NCBI GenBank assembly: GCA_951812955.1
Contig: OX638340.1
Location: 2,240,001 to 2,304,000 of the forward strand
From: an uncultured Gemmatimonadota bacterium
GTDB lineage: Bacteria > JAAXHH01
DNA: 64,000 nt
Reading direction: 5' to 3'
The notes beneath the pieces were generated by a model that searched no databases, had not been told where the DNA came from, and saw only the letters and a list, made by a program, of their open reading frames with translations. Both the position numbers and the translations under genes were made by a program. Position 1 is the first letter of the stretch. Every line of letters starts with the position of its first letter. Of the stretch, positions 44,050-53,090 are shown piece by piece.

Positions 44050-44551
44050 GTCTTACCTCGCTTTCCCTGCCCTTGTGCCGCGTCCTCGGGCGTCCTCAAG
44101 AGGTGGCCGTCGCGAGACTCGGTTAGCCCTCGACCGTCAGTGAACGTCGCCGGGCCTGTTTCCATTCGCATGGCCATGGGAAGCGCCTCGCGGCTGCTTG
44201 ATTCATTATACGCACCAACCGGCCAATACGCTTCATTTGGCCTGGATTTCTACCGTACTACAGCAACATAGGGTGCAAACTCCATGCCACGATGATTCCG
44301 TGTCGACGACTTGATGATTCCGTGCCTCCTTCACGATGCTTCTGGGCCGACGGCATGGTAAATTCGCGCCACGCCAGGATTCTATTCGCGTATATGTGCC
44401 AATTTGGCATATCAGGTCGCACAAACTGCCATTTTAGCATGTGGCTTACTACAGAATCTCACACTATTTGGTCGGCAACTTCATCCCTCCGCTCGAATCC
44501 GTGTATGCCACGGCCTTCGCATAGCTATTCCGAACCGCGCCGGAGGTTTTT

Positions 44552-44647
44552 CTGCCCAGACCGTACTGCGCCTGTGTGATCTGCTGTCCGGACCGCGCTG
44601 CGCCAGTGTAATTTGCTACCCGGACTGCGATACGCCTTGTGTGTTCT
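44552..44647. repeat. 32-bp x3 degenerate tandem repeat in a 780-bp intergenic region
   Basis: ctgcccagaccgtactgcgcctgtgtgatctg / ctgtccggaccgcgctgcgccagtgtaatttg / ctacccggactgcgatacgccttgtgtgttct. Confidence 0.85.
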
Positions 44648-44830
44648 ACTTCCATCGAAACAGGTTGACAATTCGACGGTTCGGGTTACCATGTCGAGAA
44701 ATGATCGGCCTGCGTGTCCGTACTTAAACAGAGCGGTCTGTTCAGCCTGTTCCGGGGCAATCACGCGCCTGTTTTCGACGGAAACAGCCGCGACATTTCT
44801 CTGTCTACTGTCTCCATACGAGGAATACCC

Positions 44831-45298
44831 ATGAAACGTCCTTTCATTCGGATCTTGACGACCACGCTGTCATGCTTTCTTATCGCGGGATTGGCCATGG
44901 CGGGTTGCGGCGGCGAAGGCGGCGGAAGCCAGGACCATGCCGAAGAACCGGCCGAAAGCGAGGCGCCCGACCCGAACACCGAGGCGCGCCAGGAGTACAT
45001 GAGAGAGATCGCGCAGCTCTGCGAAGGGATCGCCCTGGCGATCGAGGAAGGATCCGTGGGGACGATCGGCGCCGACGTGTCGAATCTCAAGGGGGTCATG
45101 GAGGAAGTGTCTACGATGCCTCCGCGATACGATTCTTCGAGATTCGGGTTCTACGCCTCCGACTTCCAGATACGCGCCGACACGCTCATCGCAGCTGCGG
45201 AGACCGGTTCGGCCATCGAGGCCGACTCCGCGATGCAAGCCCTCGCGATCACCTGCGGCGTTTGCCATTACAACTGCAAGTTCCCGGCCGATCCGTAA
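44831..45298 (+). CDS. cytochrome c' / class II cytochrome c-like lipoprotein
   Basis: Lipoprotein signal MKRPFIRILTTTLSCFLIAGLAMAGCGG, a helical body, and a single CxxCH haem motif near the C-terminus (ITCGVCHYN). ATG at 44831, after AGGAA. Confidence 0.65.
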   Translation: MKRPFIRILTTTLSCFLIAGLAMAGCGGEGGGSQDHAEEPAESEAPDPNTEARQEYMREIAQLCEGIALAIEEGSVGTIGADVSNLKGVMEEVSTMPPRYDSSRFGFYASDFQIRADTLIAAAETGSAIEADSAMQALAITCGVCHYNCKFPADP

Positions 45299-45360
45299 TT
45301 CGCGGTTAGTTCCCGGCCGACCCGTAAATATCCGGCAAGTTCCCGGCCGATCCGTAATTC
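45278..45360. repeat. about 30-bp x3 tandem copies of the cytochrome gene's 3-prime end
   Basis: aagttcccggccgatccgTAAttc (45278-45301, authentic stop at 45296-45298), tagttcccggccgacccgTAAata (45307-45330), aagttcccggccgatccgTAAttc (45337-45360). Confidence 0.9.
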
Positions 45361-45376
45361 CCGCCAAGGAGGAACC

Positions 45377-46360
45377 ATGATACGTCAATTCACCGCGGCG
45401 CTCGTCTGCGCCGCGCTCATAGCCGCGGCGTGCAGTGATTCCGAAGGGCCCGCGCCGTCCGAAGAGGAGCCCGCAACCGTGAACCCGATGAATGAATACG
45501 GCATGACGGCCAGCAACGTATTCCTGTACTACGCCGACGTAGAAGCGGCGACGGAGTTCTACACCCGGACCCTGGGCTTCGCCGTTGCGGCAGATTACGG
45601 GTTCGCCAAGATCCTCCGCGTCGCCCCGAGTTCCTTCATCACCCTCGTCGACGAAGAGATGGGCATGCACAGCGCCAGCGATCCCAAGACCGTGGCCATC
45701 GCCCTCATCACGGACCAGCTGGACGAGTGGTGGGACTACATGAAGGACCAGGAAGTAGAGATGCGGTCCACCTCCTACAACCCGGTCGAGGGACGTCCCC
45801 ATCACGGATTCGTCGCCATCGATCCGGAGGGTTACCTCCTGGAGTTCGAGCGGTTCAACGAACACGCCGAGAACGAGATGCTGGTCCCGGTGCTGAACGA
45901 GACCGAGACGATCTATCCCGCCGAAGGCACGTCCAATGTGCCTCCGGGACTGGGTTTCAAGGCGACGGTGGTGTGGTTCTACTACAAGGACATGCCCGCG
46001 ATCCAGGCCTTCTACGAAGAGGTCATGGGCTTCGACCTGATCGTGGACCAGGGGTGGACCAAGATCTACCGCATCTCGCCATCGGGCTACATGGGCCTCG
46101 TGGACGAGCAACGCGGCATGCACAACTTCACGGAGAAGAAGGCCGTCACCATGTCCTTCTGGACGGACCGTATCGACGACTGGTACGCCTACGTCAGCGG
46201 CCACGGCGACTTTGAAATGCGCTCCGAGAAGGTCGAGGAAACGGACCGGTACCGCGCCTTCGTCGCCTACGATCCGGAAGGCTACTTCCTTGAATGGAAC
46301 GTCTTCAAGGACGCGCCGGACAACGAGACGCTCCACAGAATGCTGCGGGGCGAAGAGTAG
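45377..46360 (+). CDS. VOC (glyoxalase/bleomycin-resistance/dioxygenase) superfamily lipoprotein, two tandem domains
   Basis: Lipobox ALIAAACS. Two similar halves each end in a motif like FVAIDPEGYLLEFERF / FVAYDPEGYFLEWNVF. Confidence 0.7.
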   Translation: MIRQFTAALVCAALIAAACSDSEGPAPSEEEPATVNPMNEYGMTASNVFLYYADVEAATEFYTRTLGFAVAADYGFAKILRVAPSSFITLVDEEMGMHSASDPKTVAIALITDQLDEWWDYMKDQEVEMRSTSYNPVEGRPHHGFVAIDPEGYLLEFERFNEHAENEMLVPVLNETETIYPAEGTSNVPPGLGFKATVVWFYYKDMPAIQAFYEEVMGFDLIVDQGWTKIYRISPSGYMGLVDEQRGMHNFTEKKAVTMSFWTDRIDDWYAYVSGHGDFEMRSEKVEETDRYRAFVAYDPEGYFLEWNVFKDAPDNETLHRMLRGEE

Positions 46361-46371
46361 AAGGAAGAAAC

Positions 46372-47607
46372 ATGCCGACCATCAGGCCCTACGACCCGGA
46401 ACGCGATCGAGACGCGATCATCCGGGTCTGGCGCGAAGTACATTGGATCACCAGCGACGTGCAGGCCAAGTGGGCGCCGCTGTTCATGGAGAAAACCCGG
46501 ACCGACGTGGCGGAGGTGAACGGCGAAGCGGAGTGCCAGGCTTCATCGACCGACGGGACGTTCCGCTACCAGGACGAAGACCTGGCCATGTCCGCCATCG
46601 TGGGCGTGACGACCAGCCGCGTCGCCCGCAAGCAACGTCTCGCCCAGCGGGTTACGGCGCACCGCATTGCCGAAGACGCCGCCCGGGGGGCGGAGATCTG
46701 CATGCTGACCATGTTCGAGCAGGGATTCTACGACCTGATGGGATTCGGCACGGGTCCCTACGGACACAGGGTGCGGTTCGATCCCGCCGACCTCACGATC
46801 GACCGGCCCTTCCGGGTGCCCAGGCGCCTGACCGCCGACGACTGGGAAATGATCCATTCCGCCATGGTAAACCGCAGGTTGACCCACGGTGGCTGCAGGC
46901 TGTATCCGGCGGAGTTGCTGCAGGTCGAACTGAATCACTCGGAGAAATCCTTCGTGCTGGGCTACTGCGATGGTCCAGGCGGCGAGCTGACCCACTTCTT
47001 CTGGGCGAGCGACAATGAAGAGCACGGTCCCTGCTATGTCTACATGATGGCCTACCAGGATCATTCCCAGCTCATGGAACTGCTCGCGCTCATGAAATCT
47101 CTCGGAGACCAGATTCGGCTCTTCCAGATCGTCGAACCCCCCGACGTGCAAATCCAGGACCTGATCAGGCAGCCCTTTCGGGCCAGGATCGTATCCGAAA
47201 AAGGTCCCTTCAACACACTGATTCGGGGTGATGGGTACTGGCAGGCCCGGATCTGCGACCTGGAAGCCTGCATGGCCAAGACCCGCCTGCACGGCCCGTC
47301 GACGCGGTTCAATCTTTCCCTGAGCGATCCCATCGAGAAGTACCTGGACGCCGGCGCGTCCTGGCGAGGTCTTAGTGGGGAGTACGTGGTCACGCTGGGT
47401 CCCGAGTCCCAGGCTGAACCCGGCGCCGACCCCGCACTACCTACGCTGGCCGCCTCCGTCGGCGCCTTCACCCGTCTCTGGCTCGGCGTTCGTCCCGCCA
47501 CCGGCCTGGCCGTCACCGACGACCTGTCCGGTCCCCCCGAACTGCTGTCCGCGCTGGATCGCACCCTGCGCCTGCCCGTGCCGGGGATGTGCGGGTGGGA
47601 GTTTTAG
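46372..47607 (+). CDS. Eis-like GNAT acetyltransferase with a C-terminal SCP2-like domain
   Basis: MPTIRPYDPERDRDAIIRVW ..., a GNAT core, and a C-terminal YWQARICDLEACMAKTRL ... LPVPGMCGWEF pattern typical of Eis-family proteins. ATG at 46372, after AAGGAAG. Confidence 0.7.
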   Translation: MPTIRPYDPERDRDAIIRVWREVHWITSDVQAKWAPLFMEKTRTDVAEVNGEAECQASSTDGTFRYQDEDLAMSAIVGVTTSRVARKQRLAQRVTAHRIAEDAARGAEICMLTMFEQGFYDLMGFGTGPYGHRVRFDPADLTIDRPFRVPRRLTADDWEMIHSAMVNRRLTHGGCRLYPAELLQVELNHSEKSFVLGYCDGPGGELTHFFWASDNEEHGPCYVYMMAYQDHSQLMELLALMKSLGDQIRLFQIVEPPDVQIQDLIRQPFRARIVSEKGPFNTLIRGDGYWQARICDLEACMAKTRLHGPSTRFNLSLSDPIEKYLDAGASWRGLSGEYVVTLGPESQAEPGADPALPTLAASVGAFTRLWLGVRPATGLAVTDDLSGPPELLSALDRTLRLPVPGMCGWEF

Positions 47608-47723
47608 ATTTCCGCGACTTTTCCTACTAATGCTATAACTGCATTTCCCGGCGGTTCTTCACGATTCGATGAACCCCTGCCGCGAACGTACTGCTCGGTC
47701 GAGCTAACTTTAAGAGGTTCGTG

Positions 47724-47965
47724 ATGGTTCTCAAGATCAATTCAAAAAGCAAATCACCTTACCGACAAGTGTTCTGGATGCCCTCGGTGTGGATCCCGGT
47801 GACCAGATTGAAATCATCGAGGGACCTGATGGATTCATCCTCAGGCCCCGGAAAATTGACTATTCAAGTCTGGGGACATTGAAGGAGAAAACTCGACGCG
47901 GTCACGACACCTTCGATATCCAGGTCTTCCGCGAGCAGCCCTATAGCCCATCGCTAAAGGAATGA
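47724..47965 (+). pseudogene. AbrB/SpoVT-type antitoxin-like gene with a frame change at an A5 run
   Basis: A good RBS (AAGAGG at 47712-47717) and the ATG at 47724 open frame 0 (MVLKINSK...). The AbrB-like sequence KKQITLPTSVLDALGVDPGDQIEIIEGPDGFILRPRK is in the -1 frame from 47741 and has no start codon of its own. The frames meet at tcAAAAAg (47744-47748). Confidence 0.45.
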
Positions 47966-48289
47966 TACCTCGGTGCTTGCCGAAATCAAGGAAGTGCAGG
48001 ATCGTGCGGGTTTCTGCGTAGGCAGATTTTGGAGATCCATCGGTAAATGCGTTGAAAGTTGGAGTGGTGGAGATGGGGTTCCTCAAGCCACACTTGAAGA
48101 ATACAAACATTAGTTGGTGTGTCCGTGATTGTGTCCTCATTACATTGCGGAACCAGACTGAATAGTATATCATACTCGATATACATTTGGATCTTACGAT
48201 CCAGTGGAAGGAAGAGTTCCCAGGACCAACCCAATCTTGGATTTGTGGATCTTATACAAGCGTTGCGACGATCAGTGGAGCGAACAACG

Positions 48290-48505
48290 ATGAAAAACGA
48301 GTTCACTGCGATTATCGAAAGGGACGAAGAAATATACATTGCTTTTTGTCCCGAAATACCGGAAGCGAATGGCCAAGGCGCGACCAAGGATGAAGCCTGC
48401 GAGAGCTTGGCAGAGGCCATTGCCCTTGTATTGGAAGATCGCCGGGAAGAGGGGCTTCGCGGAGCAGCCCCTGGAGCTATTCGAGAAAGAGTCACCATTT
48501 CGTGA
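48290..48505 (+). CDS. hicB: HicB-family antitoxin
   Basis: MKNEFTAIIERDEEIYIAFCPEIPEANGQGATKDEACESLAEAIALVLE (UPF0150/HicB N-terminal fold pattern). Confidence 0.75.
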   Translation: MKNEFTAIIERDEEIYIAFCPEIPEANGQGATKDEACESLAEAIALVLEDRREEGLRGAAPGAIRERVTIS

Positions 48506-48690
48506 AACGGAGGAGTTTAATCCGACATCTCCAAAGACACAACTGTCAACTCAAACGCGAAGGACGTTCGCATTCATTGTGGTGTAATTCGATAACGGGG
48601 GCTGTCGAAACAATTCCTCGTCATACCGAGATTTCTAACCGTCTGGCGCGTAAGATATGCCGAAATCTCTCAGTTCCTGATATACTGTAA
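48502..48690 (+). CDS. hicA: HicA-family mRNA interferase toxin
   Basis: RRSLIRHLQRHNCQLKREGRSHSLWCN ... IPRHTEISNRLARKICRNLSVP. The GTG start overlaps the hicB stop (GTGA). Confidence 0.8.
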   Translation: MKRRSLIRHLQRHNCQLKREGRSHSLWCNSITGAVETIPRHTEISNRLARKICRNLSVPDIL

Positions 48691-48809
48691 CCATGACTAA
48701 TCGTCTTGTGATTTGATCAACAAAGTTGTTTGCAGAATTACCTGTTCTCCAGAAGTACCCCTCCCATCTGAAACAGCACTCCTCAAAGGCAATCTGAGTC
48801 AGCGTTACG

Positions 48810-48824
48810 ACGTCAAGATGACGT
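48810..48824 (+). terminator. weak hairpin plus T-rich tract after hicBA
   Basis: ACGTCA aga TGACGT followed by TTTATCTT on the plus strand. The stem is short and the loop only 3 nt, so support is low. Confidence 0.25.
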
Positions 48825-48839
48825 TTATCTTCGAAGTAC

Positions 48840-50084
48840 TCAGCGCATGAAGCACGGAAGCGCCTGGCTGACCGCCGGTGGATGAACGATGCGCTTGACC
48901 AGACTGCCTGATCCGTCGTCCTGCCACTGGATCTGTATGCCCTTCAGGTCGCGCTGGGCGCCGGCCTGGGCGTCGCCGATCGGATAGACACCGAACGGTC
49001 CCAGGACAGTCAGTTTGGAGGTCGCAAACAGAAAGTTGCGTATTGACGCCCGGTCGATTTCCCCGGTGGGCGTAGCGGCCCGGTTGATGCCCTCCGCGAG
49101 CAGCTCCACGGCGCCGAAACCTGCGGCGGCCTGGTAGTCCGGCATCCTGTGGTAGGCCGCTTCGTAGCGTCGTACGAACATCTCGTTCGTGGCGATGTAC
49201 CCCTCCGTGCGGATCGTTGGATCCCAGGCCGCGTTGCTGATGACGCAGCGACCAACCGCGCCTACCTCGTTGATGAAGGTTTCCCCGCTCGCCAGGAGGA
49301 GGGACGTCAGGAGCGGTCTGTATTCCACGGCGTCCACGGCCCGCGCGAACGCGATCGCGTCGTCCGAGTATCCTCCGCCGATGAACAGATCGGCGCCCGC
49401 ATCCCGCGCCATGGCCGCCAGTGCCTCGTGGTCCACGCTGCCCAACGCGTAGGCCTGCTCCATAACGATGTCGAGCCCACTGTTCCGCGCCGCGTCGCGT
49501 ATGCCCTGGGCCACCGCAGTGGGAAAGGCCGTATCCTCCCACACCAAAGCCACCGTGCGGGCGCCGGACTGCGCGGCCAGTTCCACCGATCCCTCGAGAT
49601 AAGTCGGGGCCGGATTCGTCACCTGCACGCTCCACTGCCGTCCCCGGTTCGCCCAGATCACGGGAGCCGCCGCCGCCGAGGAGACGAGCGGGATGCCGGC
49701 TGCTTCCGTCACGCCGATCACGGGTTCGGTGATCCCGCTGCTGTAGGGGCCCAGAAAGGCGGTGATCGAATCCGATGCGATCATCTCCTGATAGAGGCGA
49801 ACGCTCGCATCCGCGTCGCTCCCATCGTCGCGTATCACCAGCTGCACCTTCCGCCCGCCGATGCCGCCCTTCTCGTTCAGCATTTCGACGGCGAGCCTAT
49901 AGCCGCGGCTGACTTCCTCCCCGGGCGTGCTGAGGCGGCCGGTCTCCGCCACGGCCGCCCCAAGCGTGATGGGTTTCGGCGCCGGCGCCGGCGTTGACTC
50001 CGGCCCCATCGGATCTTCGTTGCCGCACGCGGCCAACGACATTGCCAGCGCCATTGCCAGCGCGCCAAGCCATCTTTGTCTCAT
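48840..50084 (-). CDS. ABC transporter substrate-binding lipoprotein (type 1 PBP, Leu/Ile/Val-binding-like)
   Basis: Lipoprotein signal LAMALAMSLAACG and PBP1-like alternating beta/alpha sequence. No permease or ATPase gene is adjacent. Confidence 0.8.
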   Translation of the reverse strand: MRQRWLGALAMALAMSLAACGNEDPMGPESTPAPAPKPITLGAAVAETGRLSTPGEEVSRGYRLAVEMLNEKGGIGGRKVQLVIRDDGSDADASVRLYQEMIASDSITAFLGPYSSGITEPVIGVTEAAGIPLVSSAAAAPVIWANRGRQWSVQVTNPAPTYLEGSVELAAQSGARTVALVWEDTAFPTAVAQGIRDAARNSGLDIVMEQAYALGSVDHEALAAMARDAGADLFIGGGYSDDAIAFARAVDAVEYRPLLTSLLLASGETFINEVGAVGRCVISNAAWDPTIRTEGYIATNEMFVRRYEAAYHRMPDYQAAAGFGAVELLAEGINRAATPTGEIDRASIRNFLFATSKLTVLGPFGVYPIGDAQAGAQRDLKGIQIQWQDDGSGSLVKRIVHPPAVSQALPCFMR

Positions 50085-50114
50085 GATAACACCTCATTGA
50101 TCAGAATTGTCCCA

Positions 50115-50435
50115 TCACAACTTCGGATCCGGATCCCCGGTATTCACGCCGCCTTCCTGTATCAGCAGGTAATTCATCGTCGATGCGGCCTGGCGAAACT
50201 TCATCGCCTCCTGGTAGGCCGGATCGTTGTACCATGCCTCGGCCTGCGCCTTGCTGGAAAATTCCAGAATTACCATCCTCCCGTCGTAATCATTGCCCTC
50301 GACGCAGGCGATCTCCTCGCCCCGCGTCAGGAACTTCCCCCCGTACTTCTTGACGATGGGAGGCGTCCGGTCGGTGTATTTACGGTAGATGTCAGGGTCG
50401 TGGATGGACATCATGGAGATGACATAAGCAGGCAT
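50115..50435 (-). CDS. DUF1330 domain protein
   Basis: MPAYVISMMSIHDPDIYRKYTDRTPPIVKKYGGKFLTRG ... AWYNDPAYQEAMKFR is the typical DUF1330 pattern. Confidence 0.8.
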   Translation of the reverse strand: MPAYVISMMSIHDPDIYRKYTDRTPPIVKKYGGKFLTRGEEIACVEGNDYDGRMVILEFSSKAQAEAWYNDPAYQEAMKFRQAASTMNYLLIQEGGVNTGDPDPKL

Positions 50436-50578
50436 TGAAGGTGCTCTCCTGTCTGGTTGGCGTGACCTGGTATGGACTCACTTCAGGGTAGTTCAGCAAG
50501 AGCCGACTTGGCTTCCCAAAACACACGCTGAGCCACAAAGGATGCTTTGGAGGCGGAAGCACCTGTGGCGTCATGGCG

Positions 50579-52246
50579 TCAATCGACCTCGTCCGGATGG
50601 TCCCCTTCCACAATCCGCTCCGCCCGGTGGGTCTTTCCATCCTGGAGAAAGAGGAAATGGTCCACGTTTCCCATCTCGTCCCGGACGAAGGTGATCCGGG
50701 CGTCCTCTACTTCCAGGTAGAAGTCCCCTGAAGATTCGAGGATCAGTTCGCTTCGGGGCTGGCCGGGGGGCTGGCCGTAGAGCTTTCCGTCGCTGTAGGT
50801 GATGTCCACGGTAAACTCGGGGGAGAACGTGTAGGTTCCGGTGCATGCCTCGTAGGCGTCCTCGCTCAGGCGTACGGTCTTCATTGGGGGCGGCGCCAGG
50901 GGATTCCGGGCGCTCAGCAGGTGGAAGCCGATGTCCTCGACGTTGGCCGAGCTGTTGGACAGGACCACGACGCCCTTTCGCCACGCCTTGAGGAAGGCGG
51001 CGAATGCGTAGAACCCGTTGGTCCGGCCGGTGAGCCAGTGGATTTCTCGGCCTTGTTCGTCCTGGCGCACCTTCCAGCCCAGCGCGGTCCGGACGCCCTC
51101 TTCGTCAGTCGGTTCCCTGGCCACGATGAGGCTGTCGAAGGACGCGTGGTAGCGGGTCGAATCGTCTTCGGTGAAGTCTTCCGGCAACGCGTAGATGATA
51201 CCCATGTTGGCCGACACCAGGGTCATCATGTCGTGGAGATTGGACCGCAGCCCCGTGCCGCCCACGAGGGTCGTATCGGACCAGGCGTGCACGGGGCGGC
51301 GGGCTTCGTCGTGTCCGGTCGCCAGATACGTCCGCATGGACTGCGAAGGCGCGTTGGCCGTGTTGGCCAGCTTGATAGGATCGCCGAGCATCTCCCGGAC
51401 CAGGTCGTCGTATGATTCGCCGGTAGCCCGTTCCAATACGTGTCCCAGGAGTCCCATTCCGAGATCTGAATAGGCATAGGGGGCGTCCGTCGAGTAGCGG
51501 TCTTCCGTCTCGAAGGGATCGTCTCCTACCGGATCCTGTCCTTCCGGATCATCTCTCTCCAAAACGTTGTAACCAAACTGGGCCCCAAGCCCGTCGCGCT
51601 GCGCGTCCGTGTACCCGGCGAGGTATTCGTACAGCAACTCCACCGAATATCCCTTCAACGGATCGTCCGGATCGTCCGAAACCAGGTTGTCCGGCACGCG
51701 GGGCAGTCCCGAGGTGTGGGTGGCGAGGTGCTCAATCAGGATGGGGCGTCCGGCGGGTGTCGCCGGCACGGTCACCGTATCCGGGAGATAGACGGACACC
51801 CGGTCGGTCAGGTTCAGGTCGCCCCGCTGGACCAGGAGGGACAGCATGGCCGTCGTATACAGGCTGCTCAACTGGCCGATCTCGAAGACCGTCATGGCGC
51901 TCGCGCGCCGTATCGTGCCGCGGTTAAACGTGCCGTGGGCGTAGACGTACCGGTTGATGCCTCGGATGATCCCGGCGACGATGCCCACCGTCTGGCCGTA
52001 TTCATCGACGCGTTCGCGAAGCACGCGCTGTACGGGGTCCTCTTCCTCGACCTCTTCCGCACCGGAGCTTCCCGCGCTGCTGGGCGTATTGCTCCTCGCG
52101 CCCTGCGCATAGGCCGAGTCCTGCGCATAGGTCGTGCCCTGCGCATATGCCGAGCCCAGCGCGCGCGCCGGTGTGGACACGGCGAGCGTATAACAGATGC
52201 CGAAACAACACAACCACATGAGAAAACGGCCCGTGAATGACCGCAT
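50579..52246 (-). CDS. beta-lactamase/transpeptidase-fold protein with degenerate catalytic motifs
   Basis: Family context TVFEIGQLSSLYTTAMLSLLVQRGDLNL ... LIEHLATHTSGLP ... YAYSDLGMGLLGHVLE ... HWLTGRTNGF. The SxxK position reads QLSS, YxN reads YSD, and K/HTG reads LTG. Signal peptide present, plus an N-terminal (S/T)(A/T)YAQ(G/D) triple repeat. Confidence 0.75.
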   Translation of the reverse strand: MRSFTGRFLMWLCCFGICYTLAVSTPARALGSAYAQGTTYAQDSAYAQGARSNTPSSAGSSGAEEVEEEDPVQRVLRERVDEYGQTVGIVAGIIRGINRYVYAHGTFNRGTIRRASAMTVFEIGQLSSLYTTAMLSLLVQRGDLNLTDRVSVYLPDTVTVPATPAGRPILIEHLATHTSGLPRVPDNLVSDDPDDPLKGYSVELLYEYLAGYTDAQRDGLGAQFGYNVLERDDPEGQDPVGDDPFETEDRYSTDAPYAYSDLGMGLLGHVLERATGESYDDLVREMLGDPIKLANTANAPSQSMRTYLATGHDEARRPVHAWSDTTLVGGTGLRSNLHDMMTLVSANMGIIYALPEDFTEDDSTRYHASFDSLIVAREPTDEEGVRTALGWKVRQDEQGREIHWLTGRTNGFYAFAAFLKAWRKGVVVLSNSSANVEDIGFHLLSARNPLAPPPMKTVRLSEDAYEACTGTYTFSPEFTVDITYSDGKLYGQPPGQPRSELILESSGDFYLEVEDARITFVRDEMGNVDHFLFLQDGKTHRAERIVEGDHPDEVD

Positions 52247-52270
52247 GAGTCTGATCCTCTCCGAGTGTGC

Positions 52271-53059
52271 TTAGTGCCGCGGTACCAGCACTTCGTTGGC
52301 GCTGTCCAGCCGGACGGGTTTCGCGTAGTGATACACGTTGACGCCCTCGGCGACCGGCGTGGGCACCCGGACGATGAACTCCACCCAGTCAGGTGTATTA
52401 AACGCGGCGAAGGCCAGTTCGATCCCTTCCATCATGTCTTCCGGGTCGCGGGTCAGGTCCGGCAGCAGTACCGGGCCCGTGTCCGGCTGGTAGATCCAGT
52501 CCCGCTCGTTGGCATTGATCGTCTTGACCGGGTATTCGAGCACCGCGGCGTACCGGTCGTTCCCGATGGTCGTCCGGGCGTTCAGGGGGACGTTGCCGAG
52601 GACGGCCTCGACGATGGTCCGCGGCGTCTCCAGAAGGCGGCCGTCCACGCGGGACAGGTCGATCCGGACGTCGTCGAAGGTCTCCGCGATGGCGACGATC
52701 TGCCGCTCGGGCTGCTCTCCCAGGGAGGGCGGGTAGAGCGTGGCGCCCCGGTTCGCCACCTCGTAGGTCTTGATGGCCATGAAGGTGTCCGACGAGAAGA
52801 TCGGCTTGAAGTCCGCGCTGGGGATGTGCCAGATATCCCGCTCCACCCCGACCTGTTCGGTCTTGCAACTCACCCCCAGGACGTATTCTTCCCGGAACCC
52901 GCCGTCCTTCCCGGTCACGGTCAGGGTGGCCTCTATGGGAATGCGGGCGTTATTCAGGGAATAGGGCACCTTCTGGGTCACGGTCTTCGGCGGTTTCTTC
53001 TCGGAATCCACGCGAAAGGTAAAATAGGAACGCGCGAAATCGATGGTCTGCATGGGCAT
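52271..53059 (-). CDS. hypothetical protein
   Basis: 262-aa ORF starting at the ATG at 53059, preceded by AGGAG with a 5-nt spacer. No signal peptide and no motif I recognise. Confidence 0.5.
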   Translation of the reverse strand: MPMQTIDFARSYFTFRVDSEKKPPKTVTQKVPYSLNNARIPIEATLTVTGKDGGFREEYVLGVSCKTEQVGVERDIWHIPSADFKPIFSSDTFMAIKTYEVANRGATLYPPSLGEQPERQIVAIAETFDDVRIDLSRVDGRLLETPRTIVEAVLGNVPLNARTTIGNDRYAAVLEYPVKTINANERDWIYQPDTGPVLLPDLTRDPEDMMEGIELAFAAFNTPDWVEFIVRVPTPVAEGVNVYHYAKPVRLDSANEVLVPRH

Positions 53060-53090
53060 GGGCACTCCTGAAAGGTTCTGCAGCAACCGG

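Larger units (their letters stand above)
47608..48839. other. AT-richer mini-island carrying toxin-antitoxin genes
   Basis: GC drops visibly between the Eis-like gene stop and the convergent SBP gene stop. The content is a frameshifted AbrB-like gene, uninterpretable filler, and hicBA. Confidence 0.45.

Noticed and set aside
44050-44300. Search for a CIRCE (TTAGCACTC-N9-GAGTGCTAA) or sigma32 heat-shock promoter upstream of lon
   Set aside because: Only a half-site-like ttagccctc (about 44121) is present, with no inverted partner, and there is no CTTGAAA/CCCCAT pair at proper spacing.
44405-44421. Sigma54-like element TGGCAT-N-TCGCA upstream of the cytochrome gene
   Set aside because: The GG-to-GC spacing is one nucleotide longer than the consensus (TGGCACG-N4-TTGC). 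The site lies more than 400 bp from the gene, and no enhancer-binding protein gene is nearby.
44870-46336. 488-aa minus-strand ORF spanning the cytochrome and VOC genes
   Set aside because: It crosses an intergenic repeat array and two well-supported plus-strand lipoprotein genes. The translation is Arg/Gly/Val-rich noise.
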